A DNA stretch of 33,993 nucleotides from an uncultured archaeon (GTDB taxonomy: Archaea > Asgardarchaeota > Lokiarchaeia > Sigyniarchaeales > SOKP01), in NCBI GenBank assembly GCA_964583985.1, contig CAZOYD010000039.1:1-33993 (forward strand), written 5' to 3'. Shown piece after piece: positions 1 through 8,772 of the stretch. The number at the start of each line of letters is the position of its first letter. Within the stretch, counting starts at the first letter, position 1. The notes below the pieces were generated by a model. That model saw only the letters and a program-made list of their open reading frames with translations. It was not told the DNA's origin and ran no database searches. The translations under genes were made by a program, and so were the position numbers.

Positions 1-980
1 CCTCGGCTGCTTTCCCTCGATCGCAGAATTGTAAATCCTGACAGTTTATGAGTTCGGTGATCGTGAAGCAGTCATGAACCTCCGCTGCATCTATTTCCTT
101 CCGTGGATTGGTAATTCCCGCTTCTTTATACGCGTATTCCGCCGCTTTCACGGTTGATGGGAATGATGTGAAGTCAGCACCCGGTCCACCAGGAGGGACG
201 TACCATGGAAAGTTGGTACGGGCTGAAATCGCATTAGCCTTCACCAGCACGTAATTATCTGCATGAGCGTAACTTTCTGCGAGTTCTGGGGTTGTGAGGA
301 TCAACGCGGCAGCTCCATCTGACATCGCGCAGCAATCGAATCTCCCGAGTGGATCAGCAATCATGGGGGCGCTCATCGCAGCTTCAATGGTGATGGGGCT
401 CCTAAAATGAGCTTTTGGATGGTGAGATCCGTTGTCATGATTCTTGACGGCAACTCGGGCTAAATCCTCTTTCGTCCAGCCGAACTCGTGGAAACAGCGC
501 GTTGCAGCCATTGAGAACATTGCTGGTGCGGAAGGTGTCGGATATAATGGATGTCCAAACTGGGTAAAGCCTGGAAGTCCACTGCCGCCCTCGTCCATGA
601 GTCTAGAGCATATTAACAAAATGTTAATATTGTTTCTCCACTCCACAGGCGAGTACCATATCATATGCGCCAGAGGCAACAGCGAAACATGCATTACGAA
701 ACGCGTCCATACCTGAGGCACAGTAATTTTCCACGCGAGTTGCGGGCTTACCATCCAGCTTTAATATATCTTCTACCATTGCACCAGAAAGGCCAGTGAA
801 GTAGTAGAATATGCCGATCCAGCTCGCATCGATCTCATCCTTAGTGATTCCGGCGTCCTTCGTTGCGCTTTGGAACGCTTCGAAGAGCAGGTCGTATTGT
901 GACTTATCCCAGCGTTCGCCATATTTTGTCATGTCGCAACCGATAATCGCGACCTTATCTTTTATACCATGTCTTACCAT
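1..980 (-). CDS. Thiolase (acetyl-CoA acetyltransferase, SCP2/archaeal type), split into exon 1 (980-634) and exon 2 (602-<1) by a 31-nt insert; 3' end runs off the window
   Basis: Exon 1 has VAIIGCDMTKYG, the catalytic ENYCASG and LACGVEK. I translated 601 to 2 by hand; the frame is open throughout and reads LMDEGGSGLPG...VAVKNHDNGSHHPKAHF...DCCAMSDGAAALIL...AEVHDCFTITELI..., all typical of this thiolase type. SD AGGAGGT lies at 995-989. Confidence 0.92.
603..633 (-). other. Putative 31-nt bulge-helix-bulge/loop (BHB/BHL) intron in the thiolase mRNA
   Basis: Insert is ACAAUAUUAACAUUUUGUUAAUAUGCUCUAG (7/31 GC) with an in-frame UAA and a frameshift. It has an inner hairpin AUAUUAACA/UGUUAAUAU, a 4-bp central helix GGAG/CUCU and bulges AAA and AGA. 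Cutting after the 2nd nt of each bulge gives GAG AA|A CUC AUG (E-K-L-M), in frame. Confidence 0.7.
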
Positions 981-995
981 TTTTAATTACCTCCT

Positions 996-2438
996 TTAAG
1001 GTCTCCCCCTCACGGGTCGACATTTCCAATAATAATTTTTAAATTCAGCGCCTTCATGTTCTTTTCTGAAGGTCATCTCGACTTTCATTCCAATCTTGAC
1101 ATTTTCTTCGGGCTTTTCAATCTCAGTCATGTTAACAAGCACTCTTCCGCCACCATCGAGGTCAATAACGCAGCGAGGGACGGGCGTATTGAGATATGCT
1201 CCACCAACCAAGTGATCAAGGGTGAATGTAAAGAGTTCTCCTTTCTTGGCAAGTTTAATTTTTTCGAATTGATCGTCAGCTCTACATACGGAACAAGCGC
1301 GTGAGAGATCTGGATATTGCACGGCACCACATGCTTTGCATTTAACACCATACCACTTGTAAACAGAAGGTGTATCTCGCCAGATCGTAACTGCCGAGCT
1401 CTTGCGCGTATACCTGTCCTTTTCAAGCAATTCTTTGAATTGTATGAACTTGTTGTAATTATTTAGGATAGTCATTGATTTTTGGTGACCAACAAATCCC
1501 ATTCTCCCTTTACCGATATCTCTGACGCCGTCTTTATTGCGAACTTGCATCAGAATGGCATCAGCCCCATCTCCAAAGCCCGCCATGATGATCTTGTCAT
1601 CTTGTTTAGGTCTTCGCAAGCTAGCAATGAGGAGCATGAATGGCATTGGCGTTCCCATATCACCTACTTGAAAAAATAAGCTGTTTTGGGCGACTCCTTG
1701 GCCGAATTTCATGATTTTAGAAATCGTGCTATGCATTCTGGGGTTATTATAGTAATACGCGGCAATTTGGATGTCTGTGGAAGGATTTAAATTATTACGT
1801 TTCATGATTTCAGACATTACTTTAGTGATGCTTTCCACGTAGAATTTCGCATCCATTTTTACTTCGAAAGTTCTTATAAAATGATCTTTTTCTCTTTTCC
1901 ACGGTCCAGTTACATTTGCTGAGACTGAATAATAATCATCGATCGAAATTGGGATGTTTTCCTCATCTGCAACTAATAAAGCTGCGGCTCCATCTGCAAA
2001 CCCATATTCCCACATGGTAGAGGGTTCGGGTTTTCTCGTATCAGCTGCAATAACCAAGATACATTTTATATCTTTATTTGATTTAATTGTATCAACAGCT
2101 CTAGTTAAAGCTGTTGTTCCAGCTTTGGTAGAGTCCGTAAAATCTGCGGTGAGGATGTCTCCTCTCATATCGAGAACGGTTGCTATTAAAGATGCCGAAT
2201 CTTTTTCGGTATATACTTGTGTTGTTGAAGCAAAAAAAAGGCCATCGACAGTCTTTGGATCTATTCCCTCCAAGCAATCAAGGCCTGCTTCTACTGACAT
2301 TGTTAAGCTGTCTTCGTCTTCCATTGCGACTGCTTTAGTCCCAGGAACGGATGGGAAGTCCCAAGCTTTCGCAATGAGTTCTCTGGGTAGCATGTATTTA
2401 GGCAAATAAGCACCATAGCTTTTAATACCAATTGGCAA
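996..2438 (-). CDS. HMG-CoA-synthase-like (probably non-catalytic) domain fused to a C-terminal DUF35 Zn-ribbon/OB-fold domain
   Basis: N-terminal GIKSYGAYLP, DEDSLTMSVEA, ADGAAALLV and GFGDGADA motifs. C-terminal CKACG...CSVC Zn ribbon followed by an OB fold (IDLDGGGRV...KIGMKVEMTFR...YYWKCRP). TTG start with a GAGGT SD; stop is 15 bp upstream of the thiolase start. Confidence 0.88.
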   Translation of the reverse strand: MPIGIKSYGAYLPKYMLPRELIAKAWDFPSVPGTKAVAMEDEDSLTMSVEAGLDCLEGIDPKTVDGLFFASTTQVYTEKDSASLIATVLDMRGDILTADFTDSTKAGTTALTRAVDTIKSNKDIKCILVIAADTRKPEPSTMWEYGFADGAAALLVADEENIPISIDDYYSVSANVTGPWKREKDHFIRTFEVKMDAKFYVESITKVMSEIMKRNNLNPSTDIQIAAYYYNNPRMHSTISKIMKFGQGVAQNSLFFQVGDMGTPMPFMLLIASLRRPKQDDKIIMAGFGDGADAILMQVRNKDGVRDIGKGRMGFVGHQKSMTILNNYNKFIQFKELLEKDRYTRKSSAVTIWRDTPSVYKWYGVKCKACGAVQYPDLSRACSVCRADDQFEKIKLAKKGELFTFTLDHLVGGAYLNTPVPRCVIDLDGGGRVLVNMTEIEKPEENVKIGMKVEMTFRKEHEGAEFKNYYWKCRPVRGRP

Positions 2439-2574
2439 TTATAATTCTACCTCTAATTTTTAATTTTATTTTGTTTATTCTTATTAAAATTGTATTATGA
2501 TGTTCAATTGTTTACCATAAAAATACTTTATTTTCAAAATTAAATTTGAACTTTAAAAATAAGGCCTAATTATA

Positions 2575-2593
2575 TGATATTAATAACTTTGGC
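2575..2593 (-). promoter_or_regulatory. Possible BRE/TATA promoter of the HMGS-DUF35/thiolase operon
   Basis: Minus strand reads GCCAAAG-TTATTAATATCA: a purine-rich BRE-like run followed by a TATA-like box. The AT-rich context makes this weak. Confidence 0.3.
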
Positions 2594-2696
2594 AATATTT
2601 GAATTATAATAATAGCTTTGGTAATCTTTCTTTTTGTAAAATTGACTAAAAGGTTAGGTATTGAAGTATATAAAAAAAGGGATTTTTAGTTAAATC

Positions 2697-3182
2697 TCAT
2701 TCGCTTTCAAACTTATTTTCAAGCACGATTTGAATTGGTTTAAATCCCGTGTCTTCAAACACTTGTAGGATTTTTTCTGGGAATCCCCATGCAACTATTA
2801 TTCGAACGGCTTCGCACCCCCAAGACCTTAAAATCTTAATAGCTCGCTTAGCAAGGATTTTTCCCACCTGTAGACCAATATATTCTTGTTTTGTCGCCCA
2901 ATTATTAAGATATCCAATATATTGTCCTAGTGGATTTTTTACAGCTTCAATCATCCCCATTCCTACTACTTCACTTGTTGCTTTTAATTCAGCAATTAAT
3001 GTGATGCGTTTTAAATTTGGTTTAAATTGCCGTAGACCTGAGGATTGTTTCCATTGATCTTCTTTTAAGCCAATATGAAAATTCTTATCGAGCTGGCGTA
3101 ATATTTCTAATGTAGCTTCATAATCAGATGTTCGATAATTTCTAATAATAATTTCTTCCTTATCCATTACTTTTTCTGACAA
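2697..3182 (-). CDS. GNAT-family N-acetyltransferase
   Basis: IIIRNYRTSDYE start, VVGMGMI strand, motif-A-like TKQEYIGLQVGKIL and C-terminal FEDTGF. TTG start with a GGAGG SD just after the upstream gene's stop. Confidence 0.7.
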   Translation of the reverse strand: MSEKVMDKEEIIIRNYRTSDYEATLEILRQLDKNFHIGLKEDQWKQSSGLRQFKPNLKRITLIAELKATSEVVGMGMIEAVKNPLGQYIGYLNNWATKQEYIGLQVGKILAKRAIKILRSWGCEAVRIIVAWGFPEKILQVFEDTGFKPIQIVLENKFESE

Positions 3183-3195
3183 TTTTTATTGCCTC

Positions 3196-4242
3196 CTATA
3201 AATTTTCTTTTTGCTTACCTAAAGTTGATATATCTATTTTTTGGGATAAAACTCTTCTATTAGTCTCTTGATCTATGATGAAGAAGAGATATTCATTGAC
3301 TTGAGGGGTGAGGGGAGATATAAATACCAATTCTTCTTTTGGAAACCATAAATCAACATATTGAGACATGACTTCTTTCTCAAAAAATTCTTTAACATGA
3401 GTGATTTTGACATAAAGATCCCTCTTCTCATCATCAGAATTGTTTATGACTATTATTTCTAATTCATTACTATTTGAAGTGATCTCAATACTAGAAATTA
3501 AGAAGGGAAGTTTTAATCTTAAAGATTCACTGCGGTTTTTTGAACCATCAAAAAGTTTTACGTTTGAAAAACTGCCGTTACCCTCGTTTGATATGAGATG
3601 AGATACGTCAATTCCTTTTAAAGCTAAATAGGATAGCGCTTTTTGTTGTTTAATCGATGAAACATCCGTTTGTTGTATAACTGAGCTAAAAAATTCGCGG
3701 CATGTTTTTGTAATTAGATCATTTAGTTCAATTTTAATTTTTTCGCCTTCTTTTATGATTTGTTTAATTTTTGGAGTTTTAATAATTTCCACTTTATTAA
3801 TTTCATATTCAATTAACTTGTATAACTTGTCACCAAATTGTTCTTTTATTCTTGCAACAAGCAATCGAATAAAATCATCTCCAAAAATTTCGATATCATT
3901 AGGTAAGGAAACGATAATGATGATGGTTTCAGGAGTGTCTTCTTCCATACCAGCTCTTTTTTTTTCCCTCTTTGATTTAGCAAGGAATTTTTTACCGAAA
4001 AAGATGTATCCTTTAAATTCTAAATCCACGTGATCCAAGGCTTCTTGCTCATCAACAGTTAAAAACCAAATTGGATGATATTTGATAGGACGCATAAAAG
4101 TCTTATTTTCTCGTAATTTTGTGAATTTTTCTTCAGGGTAAATAAAAAGTGGAATATGACCCCTTGATTCATCAAAATACATCAAGTAAATATCAGAAAG
4201 CCCTTCACAAGGATGTTGTTTTGCTGTTTTTAGATCTTCCAT
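3196..4242 (-). CDS. Hypothetical protein with an N-terminal uDENN/longin-like motif and a C-terminal beta-rich (Ig-like?) domain
   Basis: 348-aa ORF. IYLMYFDESRGHIPLFIYP fits the hhhhFDxxxGxxhxxxYP pattern that opens uDENN domains; C-terminal LEIIVINNS...LYVKI...WFPKEELVF is beta-sandwich-like. Confidence 0.6.
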   Translation of the reverse strand: MEDLKTAKQHPCEGLSDIYLMYFDESRGHIPLFIYPEEKFTKLRENKTFMRPIKYHPIWFLTVDEQEALDHVDLEFKGYIFFGKKFLAKSKREKKRAGMEEDTPETIIIIVSLPNDIEIFGDDFIRLLVARIKEQFGDKLYKLIEYEINKVEIIKTPKIKQIIKEGEKIKIELNDLITKTCREFFSSVIQQTDVSSIKQQKALSYLALKGIDVSHLISNEGNGSFSNVKLFDGSKNRSESLRLKLPFLISSIEITSNSNELEIIVINNSDDEKRDLYVKITHVKEFFEKEVMSQYVDLWFPKEELVFISPLTPQVNEYLFFIIDQETNRRVLSQKIDISTLGKQKENL

Positions 4243-4362
4243 GCTGGTAAGTAAGTTTATTTAAATGATTTAATATATCTAAAGAATTTAATATTCAATA
4301 ATCTAAAAGTTTGATCATAGTATGTATTTAATTTAATAAAATATGGATGATGATATTAACAC

Positions 4363-5448
4363 ATGATTATTACTGATATAAAAACGTATTTACTCCAACT
4401 TGATTTTAAAATAAAGATTGGAAGCATGCCAAGACTTCAAGCAGGTGGTTTGTATACTCAATTAATAACGGATGAAGGGATAGATGGGTGGGCCCTCTCT
4501 CATTGGAACTTGAGCAATAAAGCACAGCAAGTTTTCGTTGAGGAAGCTCTAAAAAAGATTGTAATAAAGAAAGATCCTTTCATGGTAGAAGAGATTTATC
4601 ATGAAATGTATCAAAATACGAATCGTATTATGTTTGGCATTCCTCAAGCTACTTCTGCTATAGAGATAGCATGTTGGGATATTATTGGTAAGGCTACAAA
4701 ACAACCAATCTATAAGCTGCTGGGAGGACGCAAGAAGAGGGTAAAATGTTATGCTTCAATGCCAAGAGGATATAAGGCAAAAGCGGTTGTAGGCGCAGTA
4801 GAGCCGGCTCTTGATCCAGAACTTGGTGGTTTCCAAGCTGTTAAATTACGAATAGGAAATGGTCCGGACAATGATGAGGAAATTATCAAGGAAGTAAGGA
4901 ACGCTTTCCCCGATATTGAAATCATGGTCGATGCGAATTCAGCATATCAAACTGTCAATGAGGCATTAAAAGTCGCAAGAGCGTGTGATAAATATGATGT
5001 CAGGTGGTTGGAAGAACCTCTTCCTACTGACAACCTTAATGGGCTAGCTAAATTACGACAATTATCACCCATTCAAATTGCTGGGGGTGAAAATGATATG
5101 GGTATCTTTCGATTTGAAGATATTCTTTCCCGTGAAGCATTTGACATAGTTCAACCTGATGTTACTCGAAGTGGTGGATTTTTACAATTGAAAAAAATTG
5201 ATGCAATGGCAGAAGTTAAGGGAGTACAATGCATCCCACATATTTTTGCTTTTGGTCATATAACTGCTGCCAATCTTCATTTCATAATGTCAACTCGCTG
5301 TGAATGGTGTGAATTTCCCTTTATTCCTGATGAATATCAAATTCTCGAAGAACCAATCAAATGCGTAAATGGTTATGTCAGTGCATTAGAAAAACCAGGA
5401 TTGGGCGTTGAAGTAAATAAGAAGATGCTAAAAGAAAATGTTATATAA
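4363..5448 (+). CDS. Mandelate racemase/muconate lactonizing enzyme family (enolase superfamily), probably an acid-sugar dehydratase
   Basis: SAIEIACWDIIGK...PIYKLLGG, KLR, metal ligands in VDAN, WLEEP and GGEN, then QPD, CIPH and KPGLGVE. Confidence 0.92.
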   Translation: MIITDIKTYLLQLDFKIKIGSMPRLQAGGLYTQLITDEGIDGWALSHWNLSNKAQQVFVEEALKKIVIKKDPFMVEEIYHEMYQNTNRIMFGIPQATSAIEIACWDIIGKATKQPIYKLLGGRKKRVKCYASMPRGYKAKAVVGAVEPALDPELGGFQAVKLRIGNGPDNDEEIIKEVRNAFPDIEIMVDANSAYQTVNEALKVARACDKYDVRWLEEPLPTDNLNGLAKLRQLSPIQIAGGENDMGIFRFEDILSREAFDIVQPDVTRSGGFLQLKKIDAMAEVKGVQCIPHIFAFGHITAANLHFIMSTRCEWCEFPFIPDEYQILEEPIKCVNGYVSALEKPGLGVEVNKKMLKENVI

Positions 5449-5561
5449 GTATTTTTTTTATATTTATCATTCTTACATGCATGTAGGTCTAAATATTTTA
5501 TATATTTATTATCAATCAAATATTTGAGAAAAGTATTCTTAACTTGGAGTAATGTAATAAC

Positions 5562-8500
5562 TTGAATCAGAGAAAAAAATTAGAATTAATCTTTATCCCT
5601 TCATCCTACTGGAATGAACCACTTAGTAGATTTGAATTAATTTCTAAAGCACCAGATTTACCAGCAGATTCTAATTTCTTTATTCTATGGGTCCCTTCTA
5701 ATACCTCGGAAGATCTTCTCAGTGAGAAGATAAAGGAGATTTTGCCAAGCATACCTGTTGAAAAACTACTGAGTTGTAATATTAACCTAGCGATTCCTTC
5801 CTTAATTAGTACAAATAATTCAAAACAAAATTTATCTCTTAATTATTATGAAATAACATTATGTATTGGGAAGATCATACCAATCAGCCCTGCCATAAAT
5901 TTACTTTTACAAATGGAGATGTTTGATGAAAATAACCGCGGAATTCAACATTATAGTAATTCAATTATAACCTGGTCTTTTTTGACCAAGCTTATGTTTG
6001 AAATGTTGAATAAAGGACAATTTATTCCCATATTAGAACCCAAAAATAATATCGTCTATAAAGGAGCTTGGAATTTATTATTAAAGACGCAATTTGATAG
6101 AGATCGATTTCAAATGATAGTGAAAAAAGCGCCTTGGTCATCCTTTTGTATTCCTGCAAATTTCATCCAAGATAATGGGACTTATAAAACTGATGGATTA
6201 TGGCATCCATCATATCTGTTTTCTTTCTTTATAAACTCTGTTGGTGACTATCTTATAAGATTTATGTTGAATAAAATGAAATTTCAAACTTTTAATGAAT
6301 TTTATAGTAAAGAAATTAAGAATGAAAAAAATCTTGGTTACAAACCAAGTTGGGATTATAAATTCCTTAAGTCTCTTATCCTGAAGGACTCGAATTTTAA
6401 AATACAATCATTTCATGAGACCATTCTACCAATATTAATTAAAAATTGGACACACACTGCTTTAGGATTTATCTTAAAGCATGGTTTTATCTTCAATTTA
6501 GAATTAAAGTATCCAAAAACGTCAGATGGAGAATGGTCGTTAAATTTTTACCTATCCTTTCAAGATGGAAGGCAAAACATTCCATTACACGTCTTATGGG
6601 AAGAAGATAATCAAAATAAATTAGAGGGTTTAAATGTTGTAAAAAACAAAGGAGAATATTTAGAGATTATTTTAAGGGCCTTAAGTACAGCTTCTAAAAT
6701 ATTTGCTCCAATAAAAAAGGCGTTATTAGAAAATAACCAAGATAATATTGCCCTCACCTCATCCGAAGTCATAAATTTTCTAAAATATCCAAAAGATTTA
6801 TTGATACAAAGTGGATTTAATGTGATTCTCCCAGAAGTTTTTAGAAAAGGTGGAAAACAAAGACTATCTGCTAGACTTATAATTCGTTCAAGAGAGAATA
6901 TGAAAATTAGAGAAGGAGGGTTCCAAACCTTACCTTCATCTTTCGATATTCATTCAATGCTTGATTTCAAATGGGAAGCCAGTATTGAAGGAAAACAAAT
7001 CTCTGATGAAGAATTCAATAGTTTAATCAATTCAAACGATCCTTTAATAAATTTAGATGGAAAATGGATCTTAGTAGATCAAGAATCATTAGATGATTTT
7101 AAACAAGCAAATCTCTCTGATTTTGAAAATTACATGGATGTTCTTAAAGTTGGAATTCTTGGGAAAATACAATTGCACGAAGATGGAATGGAATATGATG
7201 TAGTTATTGAAGGAGATCTCAATGATATAATCAATAAATTACAATCAATAAAATCATTCGAATATATTCCTTGTCCTCCATCATTTAATGGTACTTTAAG
7301 AAGTTATCAACAAGAAGCTCTGACGTGGATGGGTAACATGGCAAGATATAATTTTGGATTATGTTTAGCAGATGACATGGGTCTTGGAAAAACGATTCAA
7401 GTGATTGCATTTCTCTGTTATCTAAAAAAAGAATTTCCTGAAAAGCCAGGAAATGTAATTATTGTGTGTCCAACATCAATTTTATTTAACTGGTATCGAG
7501 AAATAGAGAAATTTGCTCCTGGCTTAGAAGTAATTCTTCATCATGGAGCGACTCGGAGTAAAGATGCATCAAGTATTCCAGAATTTCTTAAACCACATAA
7601 AATAATCCTTACATCCTATGGAACTTTAAGAAACGATATTGATTTTTTAGAATCAATTAATTTTAGTGGAATTATCGTTGATGAAAGTCAGAACATAAAA
7701 AATTACTCTTCTCAACAGGCGAAAGCTATAAATAAACTCAAGGGGCAGTTTAAAATCTGTTTGAGTGGCACTCCTATTGAAAACCGCTTACTTGAATTAT
7801 GGTCATTATTTAATTTCTTAAATCCTGGTCTTTTAGGGAATGTTAGGGAATTTCAAAACAATTTTATCATCCCAATTGAACGCTTTCAAGATCAAGAGAG
7901 TATTGAGAAATTGAAATCAATAATCGCGCCCTTCATACTAAGGCGTTTAAAATCTGATAAAGGTGTTATTAAGGACTTACCCGATAAAAATGAAATGAAA
8001 ATTATCATCGATTTGACTGAGACACAAGTAAAATTGTATAAAGAACTTGTAGAAAATACTTTAAAGGAAATTGATGATATATCTTCAGATAACCGGAAGA
8101 AAAGAGGATTAATTTTAGGTTTATTAGTAAAACTAAAGCAGATTTGTAATCATCCGGCACAATATCTAAAATATAATATTGAATCCACAGAATGGGATGA
8201 GAATTTACAGGAATTCATATCTCAATCACAAAAGCTAGAACGATTAATTGAAATGACTGATGAAATCCTTTCGAATGGAGAAAAGATCTTAATATTTACT
8301 CAATTCACGCAGATGGGAGATATAATACAAAAAATTCTTGAAAAATACTATAATTTTGAAATACTTTACTTCCACGGTGGTGTCCAAGAAAAAAAGAGGA
8401 GAGAAATTGTTGATCAATTTCAATCAACTGATTTAGAGAGCCCCCCAATATTGATTTTATCATTAAGAGCTGGAGGAACTGGTCTAAACCTCACTCAAGG

Positions 8501-8759
8501 AACCACGGTCATACATTTTGATAGATGGTGGAATCCTGCAGTTGAGGACCAAGCCACCGATAGAGCTTATCGAATTGGTCAAAAATCAGCAGTAAATGTT
8601 TATAAGTTTGTTGCAAAAGGCACAATCGAGGAAAAAATCAACGATCTATTGGAAGAAAAACGTGAATTAGCTGAAAAGATAATATCTTCTACAGGGGAAT
8701 CTTGGATTTCTGATTTAGATGATGATAAGTTAAGGAATTTGCTAAATTTAAGTGATTAA
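5562..8759 (+). CDS. SWI2/SNF2-family helicase/ATPase (DUF3670-type N-terminal region)
   Basis: LRSYQ, LADDMGLGKT, VCPTS, DESQNIKN, LSGTPIENRL, LRRLKSD, LSLRAGGTGLNL and DRWWNPAVEDQATDRAYRIGQ. Confidence 0.95.
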   Translation: MNQRKKLELIFIPSSYWNEPLSRFELISKAPDLPADSNFFILWVPSNTSEDLLSEKIKEILPSIPVEKLLSCNINLAIPSLISTNNSKQNLSLNYYEITLCIGKIIPISPAINLLLQMEMFDENNRGIQHYSNSIITWSFLTKLMFEMLNKGQFIPILEPKNNIVYKGAWNLLLKTQFDRDRFQMIVKKAPWSSFCIPANFIQDNGTYKTDGLWHPSYLFSFFINSVGDYLIRFMLNKMKFQTFNEFYSKEIKNEKNLGYKPSWDYKFLKSLILKDSNFKIQSFHETILPILIKNWTHTALGFILKHGFIFNLELKYPKTSDGEWSLNFYLSFQDGRQNIPLHVLWEEDNQNKLEGLNVVKNKGEYLEIILRALSTASKIFAPIKKALLENNQDNIALTSSEVINFLKYPKDLLIQSGFNVILPEVFRKGGKQRLSARLIIRSRENMKIREGGFQTLPSSFDIHSMLDFKWEASIEGKQISDEEFNSLINSNDPLINLDGKWILVDQESLDDFKQANLSDFENYMDVLKVGILGKIQLHEDGMEYDVVIEGDLNDIINKLQSIKSFEYIPCPPSFNGTLRSYQQEALTWMGNMARYNFGLCLADDMGLGKTIQVIAFLCYLKKEFPEKPGNVIIVCPTSILFNWYREIEKFAPGLEVILHHGATRSKDASSIPEFLKPHKIILTSYGTLRNDIDFLESINFSGIIVDESQNIKNYSSQQAKAINKLKGQFKICLSGTPIENRLLELWSLFNFLNPGLLGNVREFQNNFIIPIERFQDQESIEKLKSIIAPFILRRLKSDKGVIKDLPDKNEMKIIIDLTETQVKLYKELVENTLKEIDDISSDNRKKRGLILGLLVKLKQICNHPAQYLKYNIESTEWDENLQEFISQSQKLERLIEMTDEILSNGEKILIFTQFTQMGDIIQKILEKYYNFEILYFHGGVQEKKRREIVDQFQSTDLESPPILILSLRAGGTGLNLTQGTTVIHFDRWWNPAVEDQATDRAYRIGQKSAVNVYKFVAKGTIEEKINDLLEEKRELAEKIISSTGESWISDLDDDKLRNLLNLSD

Positions 8760-8772
8760 AAGAGTGATTAAA

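Noticed and set aside
610-630. Hairpin read as a terminator or SECIS element
   Set aside because: It lies mid-gene, the stop codon is UAA rather than UGA, and the downstream coding sequence is in another frame.
1-980. Thiolase as a simple pseudogene, sequencing frameshift or programmed ribosomal frameshift/readthrough
   Set aside because: The lesion is a discrete, structured 31-nt insert with stops (TAA, TAG), not a homopolymer indel. Both halves are otherwise intact and there is no slippery heptamer. Pseudogene status is not excluded but is less parsimonious.
444-2409. Plus-strand ORFs 444-716, 811-999, 1056-1304, 1482-1679 and 1954-2409, and minus-strand 1127-1426
   Set aside because: Shadow ORFs overlapping the well-supported thiolase and HMGS-DUF35 genes; no motifs.
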